A DNA stretch of 64,000 nt from Fimicolochytrium jonesii (lineage: Eukaryota), in the NCBI RefSeq assembly GCF_025526975.1, contig NW_026515670.1:1116001-1180000 (forward strand). Reading direction: 5' to 3'. How positions within the stretch are numbered: position 1 is the stretch's first letter; every line of letters starts with the position of its first letter. A program made the position numbers and the translations under genes. Positions 38,094 through 49,057 of this stretch are shown here, piece after piece. The notes beneath the pieces were generated by a model, which worked only from the letters and a program-made list of their open reading frames with translations, made no database searches and had not been told where the DNA came from.

Positions 38094-39212
38094 GGTCGGG
38101 AATGGAATTTTGTCGGCAACGAAAAGCAAAATGAGGGAGACGCTGGATGACGTCTGATACTGCCTTGCAGGCCTTCTTATCTGGTGCCGATGAGAGACAC
38201 GAAGATGGGCCTTCGCTGTTTAGCAGTCTATGCCCACGTCGAAAATGTCCATCGAATAAGCCACGCATGTGGCCCCTTCTAAACCTAACGGTCTCCTTAT
38301 GTAATGGCGAGCACATTTCAGACTCGCTCTGACTTCTAGAAGAAGGTTCCTTTGTCTGGTCCACCTTATGAACGGCGGAATCGCCGATTATAATGCAGGC
38401 GGACCTTTTCTACGTACCTCCGACAACCTTGTAAACTCAAAATGCTGTTTGCCTGTCCCTGAGGTCGGCCCTAAATCCATTCATAGCTATATCTGCTAGT
38501 GTTGCTATTGTATTGGAACCTGCTTATGCTTCATGGCTTCTCGATAGATCGTGATCCTTTCATTTCCGAGAGGAGGCGGGATCGGGGTTTGTTCAAACTA
38601 AATCGACAGCGCGAAACGATCTGCCCGTTGTCCAAACGGACCGGGAAGCGGGTTCTCGGTCCGCTGCTACATAATGCTCGGCTCGGTTAGGTGTCAACAG
38701 AGCAGCATCTGGGTTCATCTTCGCTCCCCAGTCGCTGCCTTATTATGCACCAGGTTGAGATGATGGACTGCCGGTGGCTCTGGCGGGGGGCTGATGGAGC
38801 GAATTCACTGGGCGTACGTGTGCCGCGAAGCTCGATGAACAACTTCTCAATAAGCGGGTTGAAAGACGGTCAACGTGACTTGATCATTTTCCTTGCGTGG
38901 GAACATCCGGTGTAAAGAAGGAATTTTCTGCATAACGATATTATTCGCGTGCAACAGCGTGTTCCCCACCACCACTGAGCTACATATACAATAGATATGT
39001 AAGGAGTCTTGTCGAGTCGACCGACACGCATCTCATACAGTACACTCAATGTGGTTGAGAGCCGCGTAGACGAGAGAACATTCGTGGCGAGATCGCAAGC
39101 CCCAATCAAAAAGCCATACTATTGACATATGAGGAGGTCAGCCATGCGCAAGTCATACTGTCTATCTGTCCGACTTCTGATAGCGAGGAATATCATTAAA
39201 GTTTCCCAATCC

Positions 39213-40805
39213 TCAACGGGTGATCTCCTTAACTGCGGGTGCAGCACATTTTCCCTTCCCATTCTTTGTTCCCCATCCATCGACCACATCCAAAGCGGCA
39301 CCTAGCGCCCATCCCGTTTCCACTCCATTGATCTTCTTTGCTGTTTTGAGGATGCGCTGATCTGGAATATCGTATCCCACGCTCAACAGGCCGTACATAA
39401 AGCCGAGATCGGTGCACCATTCAGGGTCGCTGAAGAGTTCGACAATTTGCTTGGGAAGTGTGCCATCGGCTGTGAGTTTCGCGAGATCTTGTGGTGTCAG
39501 CTTGCCCGAGCATACTTTCTCGGCCGCTGCGCGCAGCTCACCGACCGAGAATCCTTTTTCCGACGTTTCGAGACCAAACGGTTCAGCGAATTTGTCGAAA
39601 AAGTACGAGAAGGCGTAAATATCGTTGTCGGCGAAGCTGGCCGCCAGGGACGGCTGGTAGACACCGTTGAACGAACACGAGGGCGGTGATGTAGAAGTTT
39701 TCGGCGCAGGGCAAGTTGCCTTATCGAATAGTTTCGTGCGAATGAATGCGGCACATGCATCATGATCGGTCCCCGACCCTTCAATGGTATGGATAGTTCC
39801 CGCATCGTCAAGATATTCGTCTTTATGCCCAATCGCGTAGCATGGCCATTTCTTGCTAGCCACTCCTGCCTGCTTGACACGATGGCGCCCCTGCATCAAC
39901 CCATACCCGTCATACGAGTGTTGATACAGGATGTACTTGTGTGGGCCCATCTTCAGCTCGTACTTGTGATCTCCAGGTTCCATCGGGGTTTTCGCGTCAG
40001 GCTCAAACACGATTTGTGTGGATCCACCGCCGAGGTCCATGATTGCGGCGGTCGGCAGTTTTTCCTTCTGGCCAAGCCTTTTCAGGAGATAGTTTACGGT
40101 AATCCACGCGTAAACACCTTCGTCCTTGCCCGCCATGATGGTAACCCCATTTTCAACGAGGGCAAAGGGCGACTCTTTCTCCAGCTTTCGACGCACAGCG
40201 TCGAGGATCATATCACCTTTGCCGTCCTTCAGCATCCGCAAACCAGCAGTAGCCTTTAACGTAACCGGGGTGCAAGCACGGAGACGTTCGGGAACGCTCT
40301 TCAATGCCACCTCCAACAATGGATCAAGCGAGTTTGCCGCTTCCTCGGGCGTTTTGAATTTGTCAGAACTTAATCCTGGCTTTAACTGCTCGAAAACTTC
40401 GTCTTCCAATGCTGGCGATGGCCCGTGGCAGTGGTTGAACCGGTAAACGTGAAGGCGCGAGCCCGTAGATCCCGCGTCCATAACAAGGGCGTACTGAATT
40501 GGTGGCCGGTCGGGTTCGGGATTCGGGCATCCATTCAAGGCAGAGCTCGCTTTCGAAAACGAGGAGGATATGTTATGTAGCCCTCCGCCTTTCACAAAAG
40601 CCTGCAATATGAGATAGCCTCCTATGGAGAACAACACTCCGCACAAGAAGGCTCTTGGTACGGACAAGCCGCATACGCGTGGCGGCCGCTTCAGGAACTT
40701 CGACGATCCATCCCTGTGTTTACTATGGTGCGGGAGAGCCGTATAGTCGTGGGAGTGTCTACTCCGCGAATGTGGCTGCCCGTCACCCTGCGAAGTGAAA
40801 ACCAT
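39213..40805 (-). CDS. GDA1: GDA1/CD39 family nucleoside diphosphatase (Golgi GDPase-like), single exon
   Basis: Single N-terminal TM; apyrase conserved regions DAGSTGSR, ATAGLR, EGVYAWITVNYL, DLGGGSTQ and GWALGA. Confidence 0.9.
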   Translation of the reverse strand: MVFTSQGDGQPHSRSRHSHDYTALPHHSKHRDGSSKFLKRPPRVCGLSVPRAFLCGVLFSIGGYLILQAFVKGGGLHNISSSFSKASSALNGCPNPEPDRPPIQYALVMDAGSTGSRLHVYRFNHCHGPSPALEDEVFEQLKPGLSSDKFKTPEEAANSLDPLLEVALKSVPERLRACTPVTLKATAGLRMLKDGKGDMILDAVRRKLEKESPFALVENGVTIMAGKDEGVYAWITVNYLLKRLGQKEKLPTAAIMDLGGGSTQIVFEPDAKTPMEPGDHKYELKMGPHKYILYQHSYDGYGLMQGRHRVKQAGVASKKWPCYAIGHKDEYLDDAGTIHTIEGSGTDHDACAAFIRTKLFDKATCPAPKTSTSPPSCSFNGVYQPSLAASFADNDIYAFSYFFDKFAEPFGLETSEKGFSVGELRAAAEKVCSGKLTPQDLAKLTADGTLPKQIVELFSDPEWCTDLGFMYGLLSVGYDIPDQRILKTAKKINGVETGWALGAALDVVDGWGTKNGKGKCAAPAVKEITR

Positions 40806-40973
40806 GGCGTTTACTAGAAGTAGTCCTGCTTGGTGGTCCTTCTGGATCTAGGACAAGTTGGTCTCTACGGCGGGTATCTACAGGACTACCCCGCTGTCGC
40901 AATAGCACCTCAGAGCTCCTCAGAGAGTGGACGGAACTGCGGCGCTGGGTAAGTAAATTGGGTGCTTGGTTGA

Positions 40974-43900
40974 ATGCCTTTTTGGAGTCGTTCAAGTCTG
41001 TGTTCAAAGTCCAGCACCAGAGTCCAGACTCTCGATCGAGAGGCGACGCGTCCATGTGGCTCTTGCAATGCCAATACTTCTAATGCTTTTACTCAAGAGT
41101 CAAATCCCAGCAGTTCGAAGGCAGGGTCGAAGGAGACCACCCTGAAAGAGAGGGCTGGAGGTGCTCTCAACGTGCGAACCTGCGCGTATACGACGTTCTC
41201 TGAAGTTCTTTTCATGTCGGGCACCTTGGCAGCGAAGTTGCAAGATGATGCCCCTTTGCGAAGATCTGATGCAAAGGAAGTCGACCCGGCTTATGGGGAG
41301 GGGCACCACGTGAAAAGGGAGGTGACGGCATCACCAGCCGTCTGGTGCGAAACTCGGCAAGAGCTTTGCGAAGGCACGCCCTACTTCAGGTCCTATCAAA
41401 GTATGATCCTCGAGTTCCCACGAGTTCCTGAGTCCCGTTGGTCAGCCTGACATATCTCTCTCTCCAGGTGGGTTATACCACCTGGACGGCATAGCTAAGG
41501 GTTATCTAATAGACGGATTTGCTGCGGAACGGGACGTATGGGCTGGAAAAGTTTTCGTCAGTCACGGTGGAGGAAAGCAGCGCTCAGGAGGCCAGGAGGA
41601 GCAACACAACGCGATGCAACAGATGAGCACCATTGGGGCACATTCATCGGCCGCCCCCCTGAGAGGATCACAAGAAGAAACGGATTTATCGATCCGCATT
41701 CTCCGCAACACTTGGGCAAAAGCTCTGCCTTTGATTGTAATCATGGGGTCGCATTATCCGTTAGCAGATTTTGTGATGCCGGCGAGATATGCGGTCCTAG
41801 GCTGGTAAACAACGCACATCGCTTTCTCGTCCTTGATTGCGAGATTGATCATTATTCGCAAAGGTGGATGATCACCCATATATGGACTGAAAAGGAGTTC
41901 GTCAACGTTGAAGCGGATGTTGCGGATGGTGAACGACCCTATAACGTTCGCGTCAAGTGCCGTTTCCAATGGCTGGACCAGAATTTGCATGAGCCGTGGT
42001 TCTTGAAGCCGAACGCGAACAGGTCATGCTTAGCAAGACCAAAGCTGCACACTTGTAAAAAGTGTAAAGCTGTATCTCCGATAGTCTATCACGTACCGAT
42101 GTGCTTGGTGCGGACTTGCGACTTTTTCTGGAAGGTCTTCTCGGAACGCGACGGACGGTGGGCGGATCCGCAGAAGCTGTCTTACAACGGCGACTTTCTC
42201 CGACCATTTCAACTCCCGGGACGGTTTAGGTTCGTGCCGCATTGTCTCTTTTGTGGCTTCGTTTTGACTCACGCCCTCCAAGTCCGAAGCTGGACGTCAA
42301 ACCCATATTTCCGATCGAGATCTCGGAACAGTACGCCCCTCGTGCCGTTCACTGTGAGCTATGCGGTCGCATTTCGCAACGCGTAGAGCTCACAAGCTGG
42401 ACATGCGCCGTGTGTAATTATGTCAGTGTGGCAGCGGCTATCCTCAGACTGACGAATGCAGCTGATTAAACTTTCATTAGGCGCCCAAATCATATTTTAA
42501 AGAGCAATACCCAGTCTCTTTGCTACGAAGATCGCTCCCCGGTTCGGTAAACTTCAAAAATGAGGTGCCTGGCTGCTTATATTTATTGCCGAATAGTGGG
42601 ATAGAGGTTGCGCGAGACCGGGTGGAAGACGGCACATACGCGCATGGTCTGGACCGCGTTACGTACCATCTACCGACTGGTGGTCGAATCGTCCATATAC
42701 TGGCAACTGAAGAGCACCCGCTGTCGATCAACGGTTGGAAACTCTGGGGGGACTACCAGAGGAAGGTGTCAATGAAGAGATGCAAGTTTGTCACTCATAG
42801 GGGTGAGAGCAGTCAGTTGACTCCCATTCCTGATGTCCCCTGACGCCTCATGTTGTGCTTTAGTCAAAGGCTTTCTGACTCAGAACTTCCTTCACAACGC
42901 TGGAGAGGTATATAATTTTTCGATCGCGATGCCATCGTGTCCTTTCGAAACGGCACCGGAAGAGGTTGAGTTTGCTCGAGACATCCTTCAGCAGGTCTCA
43001 CCGGAGAGCCCGATCAATGAGCTTTTGTCGATTTTCTACCTGGAGGGTACGCTCGCGGGGCCTCGATCGATAACACCGAACTAAATGACAAACCACATTG
43101 TACTTTTAGGGCAGAAAATGGCCTATCATGATGATGGGGAGAAGGAAGTGTGCGGACCAATCATTGGATGGAGTATAGGATCGGATTCAGCCATGAAATT
43201 TCGGAAGAAGATGCCGAAACGGAGGCCGGAGCAGATGCAGGGCTTGATGAAGCCTAACCTGGCATCAACTTCAGCATTTGTACAGACTGCTGGGAAAGAG
43301 GCTGAGCATTTACCAATAGCAGCCGCGGCAGCAGAATCCGACTCGCCAATGTGTGAGCAGCGTCCGTTAGGGCCTATTCATTTCTTGGAAGAGGATGTAC
43401 GGCGTCACAAAGCGGATGCCATCTTGGTTAAGTTGCTCACAAAGATGGAGCACTGTGGGGACCAACTGGGACAGGTCGGTCAAAAGCGTCCGAGGAGCGG
43501 CGCACTGGAGGTGGATTGGCTCCCAACCGTATCTTCGATATCCGACATGGATTCTATGGTCGTCTTCGAAGGAGGAACCACATGTGGCACATATCACGCC
43601 GTTTCAACGCCCGAACCAGGCTCACATGGGTCGCCCTCAGCTTCATCATTCAAAAGGCACAATGGGGCGCCGCCTCATTCTCGAAGCCGTCACCCAAATG
43701 AACCCTTTGGTCGCGCCACCGGTCCGCCTGACCCCATGCGCATCGCGTCGATCGTCAATGGACGCCCATCCTCGCCTCGGACTCCTTCATGTATGCCGGA
43801 CGACGAACCTTTCCCGTTCGCGTTCGTACCTTCGTTTTCACTCAGGGATGGACAGGACACGGACGTTTCGGGCGAAGCATCAATGCGTTCTGAGGACGGG

Positions 43901-44268
43901 ATTGGGGGGGAGAAAGGATCTGCGCTCAACACCACTGCCTCAGCCCTTGATCCTGGCCGTGACATCAAGGTGCGGCCCCACAATCCCATGGTCCTCAAAC
44001 TATTGACAAGACATGGGGATCTAGTGATTATGGTTTGTAGCCATCGGCTCAGTAATCTATTTGAAACCATTGCGTGATTGACGCTCTTATGTCACAGCAT
44101 AATACAGCAGTACAGACACATTACGAGCACTCGGTGCAGCCCCATGGCTTGCGGCTATGCGTCACAGGCAGGACTTTGGTGTCGGCGGGTGGATCAGCGC
44201 CAGCGGCTGAACCATTTGAGGCGGCTGAAACGTATGGGCTCAAGGTCAACCCTGCCCCAGTGGTTTAA
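40974..44268 (+). CDS. AlkB-type 2OG-Fe(II) dioxygenase with N-terminal SRA/YDG-like and Cys-rich regions (multi-exon)
   Basis: WCETRQELCEGTPYFRSYQS, FVSHGGG, RYAVLGW, CRFQWLD; CxxC pairs (CKKC, CELC, CAVC); dioxygenase motifs NELL, YHDD, WSIGS, HGDLVIM, YEHSV, RLCVTGR. Start may be 41214. Confidence 0.75.
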
Positions 44269-45043
44269 CCATGTGAGGCCAACACCAATCCGCCCCACCA
44301 ATCTTCTGGAGGAAACCAGAGCCCGCAGAGCCCAGTTTGCCATAAGATGGCAGTACAGCATAGGATAAAGATCTTGCGTGAGGTGCAACCCCTAGCGTAA
44401 CGAGATAGATAGTTTTGTGGTGATTCTACATGACTTGGCTATGCAACAATGATTCTGTGTAAATACACCGAAAACTCTTTTTATGGCATACACCTGCCTA
44501 CATTTGAAAATATGAAAGGCATGGCGACTAGTCGCATGTGGAATGAATCGTGAGAGCAAACGGTGGGTAAAGGACCATGTGAAGAATGAATGTGGTTTCC
44601 AAATAGCTATTCAAATTTCTACATCGAGGTCATATACGGAGGCGTACAACCGACAGAGACATTATTACATGTTGTTTTCCCCGTCAGGATCACTTTCAGG
44701 TTCGCAATCAAGGTCAGCTCCAGCTTTCGACCTACTCTGCTGTTACTGTTTGCCTTGTTTTCGCGGGTCAGCCATGCGCACGGCCTTGTCCGTGTATGTA
44801 CATGCGCCATCTGTCGCCCTCCTTCCCCCCTCCGCATTCGAGAAAAAATCTTCGGTATGGTGGATATGGTATCACGTTTGTTGAAGGGGTTGAGCGTGCA
44901 TATGACCAACTCTACTACAAGGCACGAGAGAGCTCCGGAGGCATTTGTGAGGGGGTGGTAGTCGTCGGGGTTGAGAACGATCGCAGGTAGGGAAAGTGGA
45001 TCCCCTTGGTTGCTCCAATGGCTGACCTTCAGTAGGAACATAA

Positions 45044-45587
45044 TCAGTGGGTAAAGACAGGGTAAAGAAGGCCCTGAACGACCTCCAACTCATTCTCAGA
45101 AGGTTGAGACTTTTTTGGTCTGCCAGATGGTTTCTTTGACTGGTATGAGGTTGCGTTGTTCGAATCCTGATTGCTGTAAACTTTGATAGTCCTCTTAACA
45201 GCGGTGAGGCTCACGTTTTCCAGTCTCGCTATTTCACACTTATTCTTGCCTGCTTTATGCAGTGCAACTATGGCTGCCCTCTTCTGTGGGGTGAGAGGCT
45301 TCCCCATGCCGTCGCTCCAGTGTTGTTGCTGTCTGTGGTAAGGTATCTGTGGCAAGATGTTGGCCAAGATGGGAGAAAGGGGATCTCGCAATTGCGGTGG
45401 TCAACCATCCTTGCTGGTGAGGCACGGGGTGGGCGCAGCTTTATGGACCTAGACCAGTCAGTTACTAACTACGTAAGTGTCCATAAAGCTGTGCACCCCC
45501 CCATAATTGAAATCAAAGTCGGTGAGTATGGCGTCGCGGCAGTCGCTGGTTTAATTCGGGCGGGTAGCTTTATGGACACTGACTGTA
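45044..45587 (-). mobile_element. Truncated Tc1/mariner-like transposon: one terminal repeat plus N-terminal HTH of transposase
   Basis: End reads TA|CAGTCAGTGTCCATAAAGCT on the minus strand (45587 leftwards); ORF MGKPLTPQKRAAIVALHKAG...EIARLENVSLTAVKRTIK...SGRPKK is a paired-like HTH plus GRPK motif; no DDE domain or second TIR seen. Confidence 0.75.
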
Positions 45588-45775
45588 TATGTGTGTGTGT
45601 ATACTACGCTCGCTCCATCTCCTATTGCACGTACGCTGGGAATCACTAGGGGAATCTAGCACTAACAGCCTCTTTGTCCCCTATAATCCAGGGTCATTCC
45701 CCACCATGTGCAGGAATCCACACATCGCCTTCATAGCGTTAGAGCATGGGCCAGTTCTGGTTGATGACGGCATAA

Positions 45776-48555
45776 TCAAATCGCATCTTTCTGCTTCTTG
45801 TTCCGCTGCTTGGCGCCGCTGATGTTGGGGTTGATGACGCTTGCTGGCGCGGGCTTCGCCGAGTTCTCTGTCGTGGCATTCTCAGCAACTGGCTTCTCTT
45901 TTTCGTCCTCCTCGTCCTCCTCGTCAGACGAATCCACGTCATCTTCACCAACTTGCCCCTACAAGACATGCCAGTGCTCAGTTCGAACTTCAGTACGAAT
46001 GCCTGAATCTGAGAATCACTTACGAATTCATTCCTGCGTCGCTTGTCCTCACGGTAAACCCATCGCTGGTACAGGTAGACAAAGAACACCACGTCGTCAC
46101 GGAGACAGGCGAGACGATGCAGCCACGGCATCTTGATGACGAATGCGAACAGATCGTCTGTAGGAGGAAGGATTCAATCAGTATGGAAATCGAACGACGG
46201 GGGTTAAAAAGCTCGATGTGGTGATGTCTGACGCACCAACGAAAGTGTTCAGAGCTGGTAAGGAGAAGGCTGGTTAGTTGCGGGCTCGAGAGGATTTGAG
46301 AACGGATATTGCAACTTACCCTTGTACATGAACGTCTTCCAGGGCATATGCGCAACAGACTTCAACTTGTAGTTGACGAACAATTGCGGTGTCATGGTGA
46401 TGAAGCCTATGGACCGAAGATCAGACATGTATTCGACTATGACCTTGATGCAACGCACTGAACCTACCAAAGGCGTAAACGAAACCAACGAGCGTTCCAA
46501 TGATGTACGAATACCATCCCTTGTGTTCTTCGTAAACCAGCGAGTAGATGGCGTATGCCGCCAGACATGGGTAGAGAGCTCGGGAGACGTATTTGAATGC
46601 CATCTGGATCGACGCGTTAAAACGGTAACCCGTAGACGCACGGAAAACGCGACAATTTACCTCATCGTATTTCTTGGTTTTGGAAGCCAATTTGGAGGGT
46701 TTGACCCGATCGACGAACTCAACGTAAGGAAACTCCGGTTTACGCTGGATGCATGAGTAATTAATTACCGCTTGCGACGACGCGTCAGTAAACGGAAAGC
46801 AACCAACCTGTACGATAACGGTCTTCTGAATCTTCCAGATTTCAATGAGAAGGCCGACGCCGGTGCTGATAATGATCATCCAGCTTGTGTCGTTATCCAG
46901 AAGATATCTGCCAAGGAGCTTTAGCTTTAGAGCCTAGGATCATGGGAGCGAGAGGTACTTACAAGAAGATCACAGCCTGAAAAGCCACGTTCATGGTTAT
47001 AGCCCGGAACGAAAGTCCTTCCATGTCCTTACGCTTACGCCAGAACTGGATGTCTGCAGAACGACACCGATTGAAAAGACGGACATATGAACCTGATTTA
47101 CTGGTCTTCACTTACCATTCTTGAAAGCAAGGATGTCAAAAATGCTGTGCAACATAGACACGAACATCGTGACTCCGAGAAGATAGGGGTTGGTGTCCAT
47201 GAACATCCGCTTCATGTCGTCCGTCTCAGCAGCCGCAACGCCAAGTGTCGTCTGCTGCACGCGAAGGTTTTCCTCCAAGCCAGTGAACACCTGGTACTTG
47301 AAGTACGAAACGGGGTTGTACGAGAGCGAAAGGTTGAGGGTCCTGCGAAGACGTATGTGAGAGAGATCTGAGATAGCCGCGAGTGCATTCTAGCAACACC
47401 CTACTTGACGGTTTCATTGATGGGAGACAACTGATCAGCTGTCAGCCAGAAGTCATTGACGTAGAACGGCGGCTTGTAGTGCACGCCATCGGACTCGAGG
47501 CCGAAGTCTTGGACAGAACGTTTAGTGGAAGGATTCTCCGTCAACATGCATAGGAGGGTTGCTCTCACTTTTCAGCATCAAAGGTGGCGTGGTAGGGGGT
47601 AGGGGTGCCACATGATTCAGCACGTTCAGGGTGACATTGGGCCACCAGTAAGATATGATTGGAACCTGTCCATCCTCTTGCTCTTCCTCGGGCTACACGC
47701 GATGTCAGTGACCTCTCCTCTAGCATAGGCTCCCGCAACAGGCCTACCTCGGGATCAGCTAAGCTTCCTTCTGAGGCCACCAATTTCTTGGTCTTCTTGA
47801 CTTTGCGCTTGGGCATGAAACGGGTGAGCACTGCGGTAAAGGGAAGTTCAGAGGTGATTCACTTTACTCAATGGCGTCAGGCAGCATAAGTACATTTGCG
47901 AGAGTACAAAGGGCTTGGCGCTGGCTCCTCAGGTTGACGCTCAACATTCCCAGTGGGGTTCAGGATGAAATGGGCGTACAGACTCCCGTTTCGTTGAACG
48001 CTCTGTCATCAGCAGAAGCGTAAGCCCGGAAGGAAAGCAGGTTGTTCGAAGTGCGTGTGACCGACCTCGGGCACGTCGATGGTAACTTCCTTCGTTCTTC
48101 CCTTCCACTCTCCGAAGAAAATGTCCTTCTCTTCCCAAACGGGTGTGGCATCCGGGTTGAAATTTTCCGTCTCGGTGAGAAATGCAGAAAGAGTCTACCA
48201 ACGACGCAGTAGTTGAGCCATGCGGTTCACCAGGGGTAGCATAGAGATCTGAACAGGTACTCACAGCTCTGTCGCCAGGCAACCAAGAGGGTTGAAGGGT
48301 CCGGGTCTGGACATGAACCTGGTGGGCGGCCGGCACCGGACCGTCTTGCCCGGTTGGTGCACTGCCCTGTACGACATCTGCTGTCTCCTGGTTTCCTTTG
48401 AAGGCCCTTCCGACGGCGTTGACCGCATATGAAATCAGCAGGATACGGCCGATACTCGTAGCGATAGAGTAGAAGCCGCCGCCACCGGCTTGCTGAGCGT
48501 TGGGAGCGCCGCCAGGAGCAGCAGCAGCAGCAGCAGGTGCAGCGGGAGCGCTCAT
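45776..48555 (-). CDS. CLPTM1: CLPTM1-family membrane protein (multi-exon)
   Basis: DTNPYLLGVTMFVSMLHSIFDILAFKN, GLLIEIWKI, TKKYDE, FITMTPQLFVNYKLKSVAHMPWKTFMYK, MPWLHRLACLRDDVVFFVYLYQRWVY, RRNEFGQ. Confidence 0.92.
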
Positions 48556-49057
48556 TTGAAACAGCTCTGTCTGTGGGATGTGCGGACTTGTGTTGGGAAA
48601 GCCCGAGTGATGGCTGCTTGGGGCTGCGAAAGCTTCGAATGCCCTTCCCAGAAGGACAGCGGACGGACGGACGCGCGCGGAGTCCCTGGGAACCCAGGCA
48701 CCAGGCACAGAGGTAACCATAACCCAGACTCGTCTTACCCGAGAACGATACCGCGGCTCACTGACTGGCATCCCAGCCAACGACAGAGGCAAGAAGCTAC
48801 AACTTTCACTCCTAAGTACAGTATTTTACAGTACGTGCAAAGGACGGGGCCCAAAATATGTGGCCCTTTGGCGCTTTGGGGAACTCATGATACTATTGCA
48901 TTGGCACCTCCTTTTGCATATCCTCAGGTACTGTACTGTATGTCTGTATGTCCACTATACACTCTCTCGCTTTATCTGCTACGTGTGCCAACCCTGAGAT
49001 GCATTCACTGACTTCATATTACTTATATTACAAGCAGAATCTGGAGCAACGTCTCTC

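Noticed and set aside
44543..45041. Continuation (DDE domain) of the Tc1-like transposase
   Set aside because: None of the frames shows Tc1 catalytic motifs and no matching second TIR was found.
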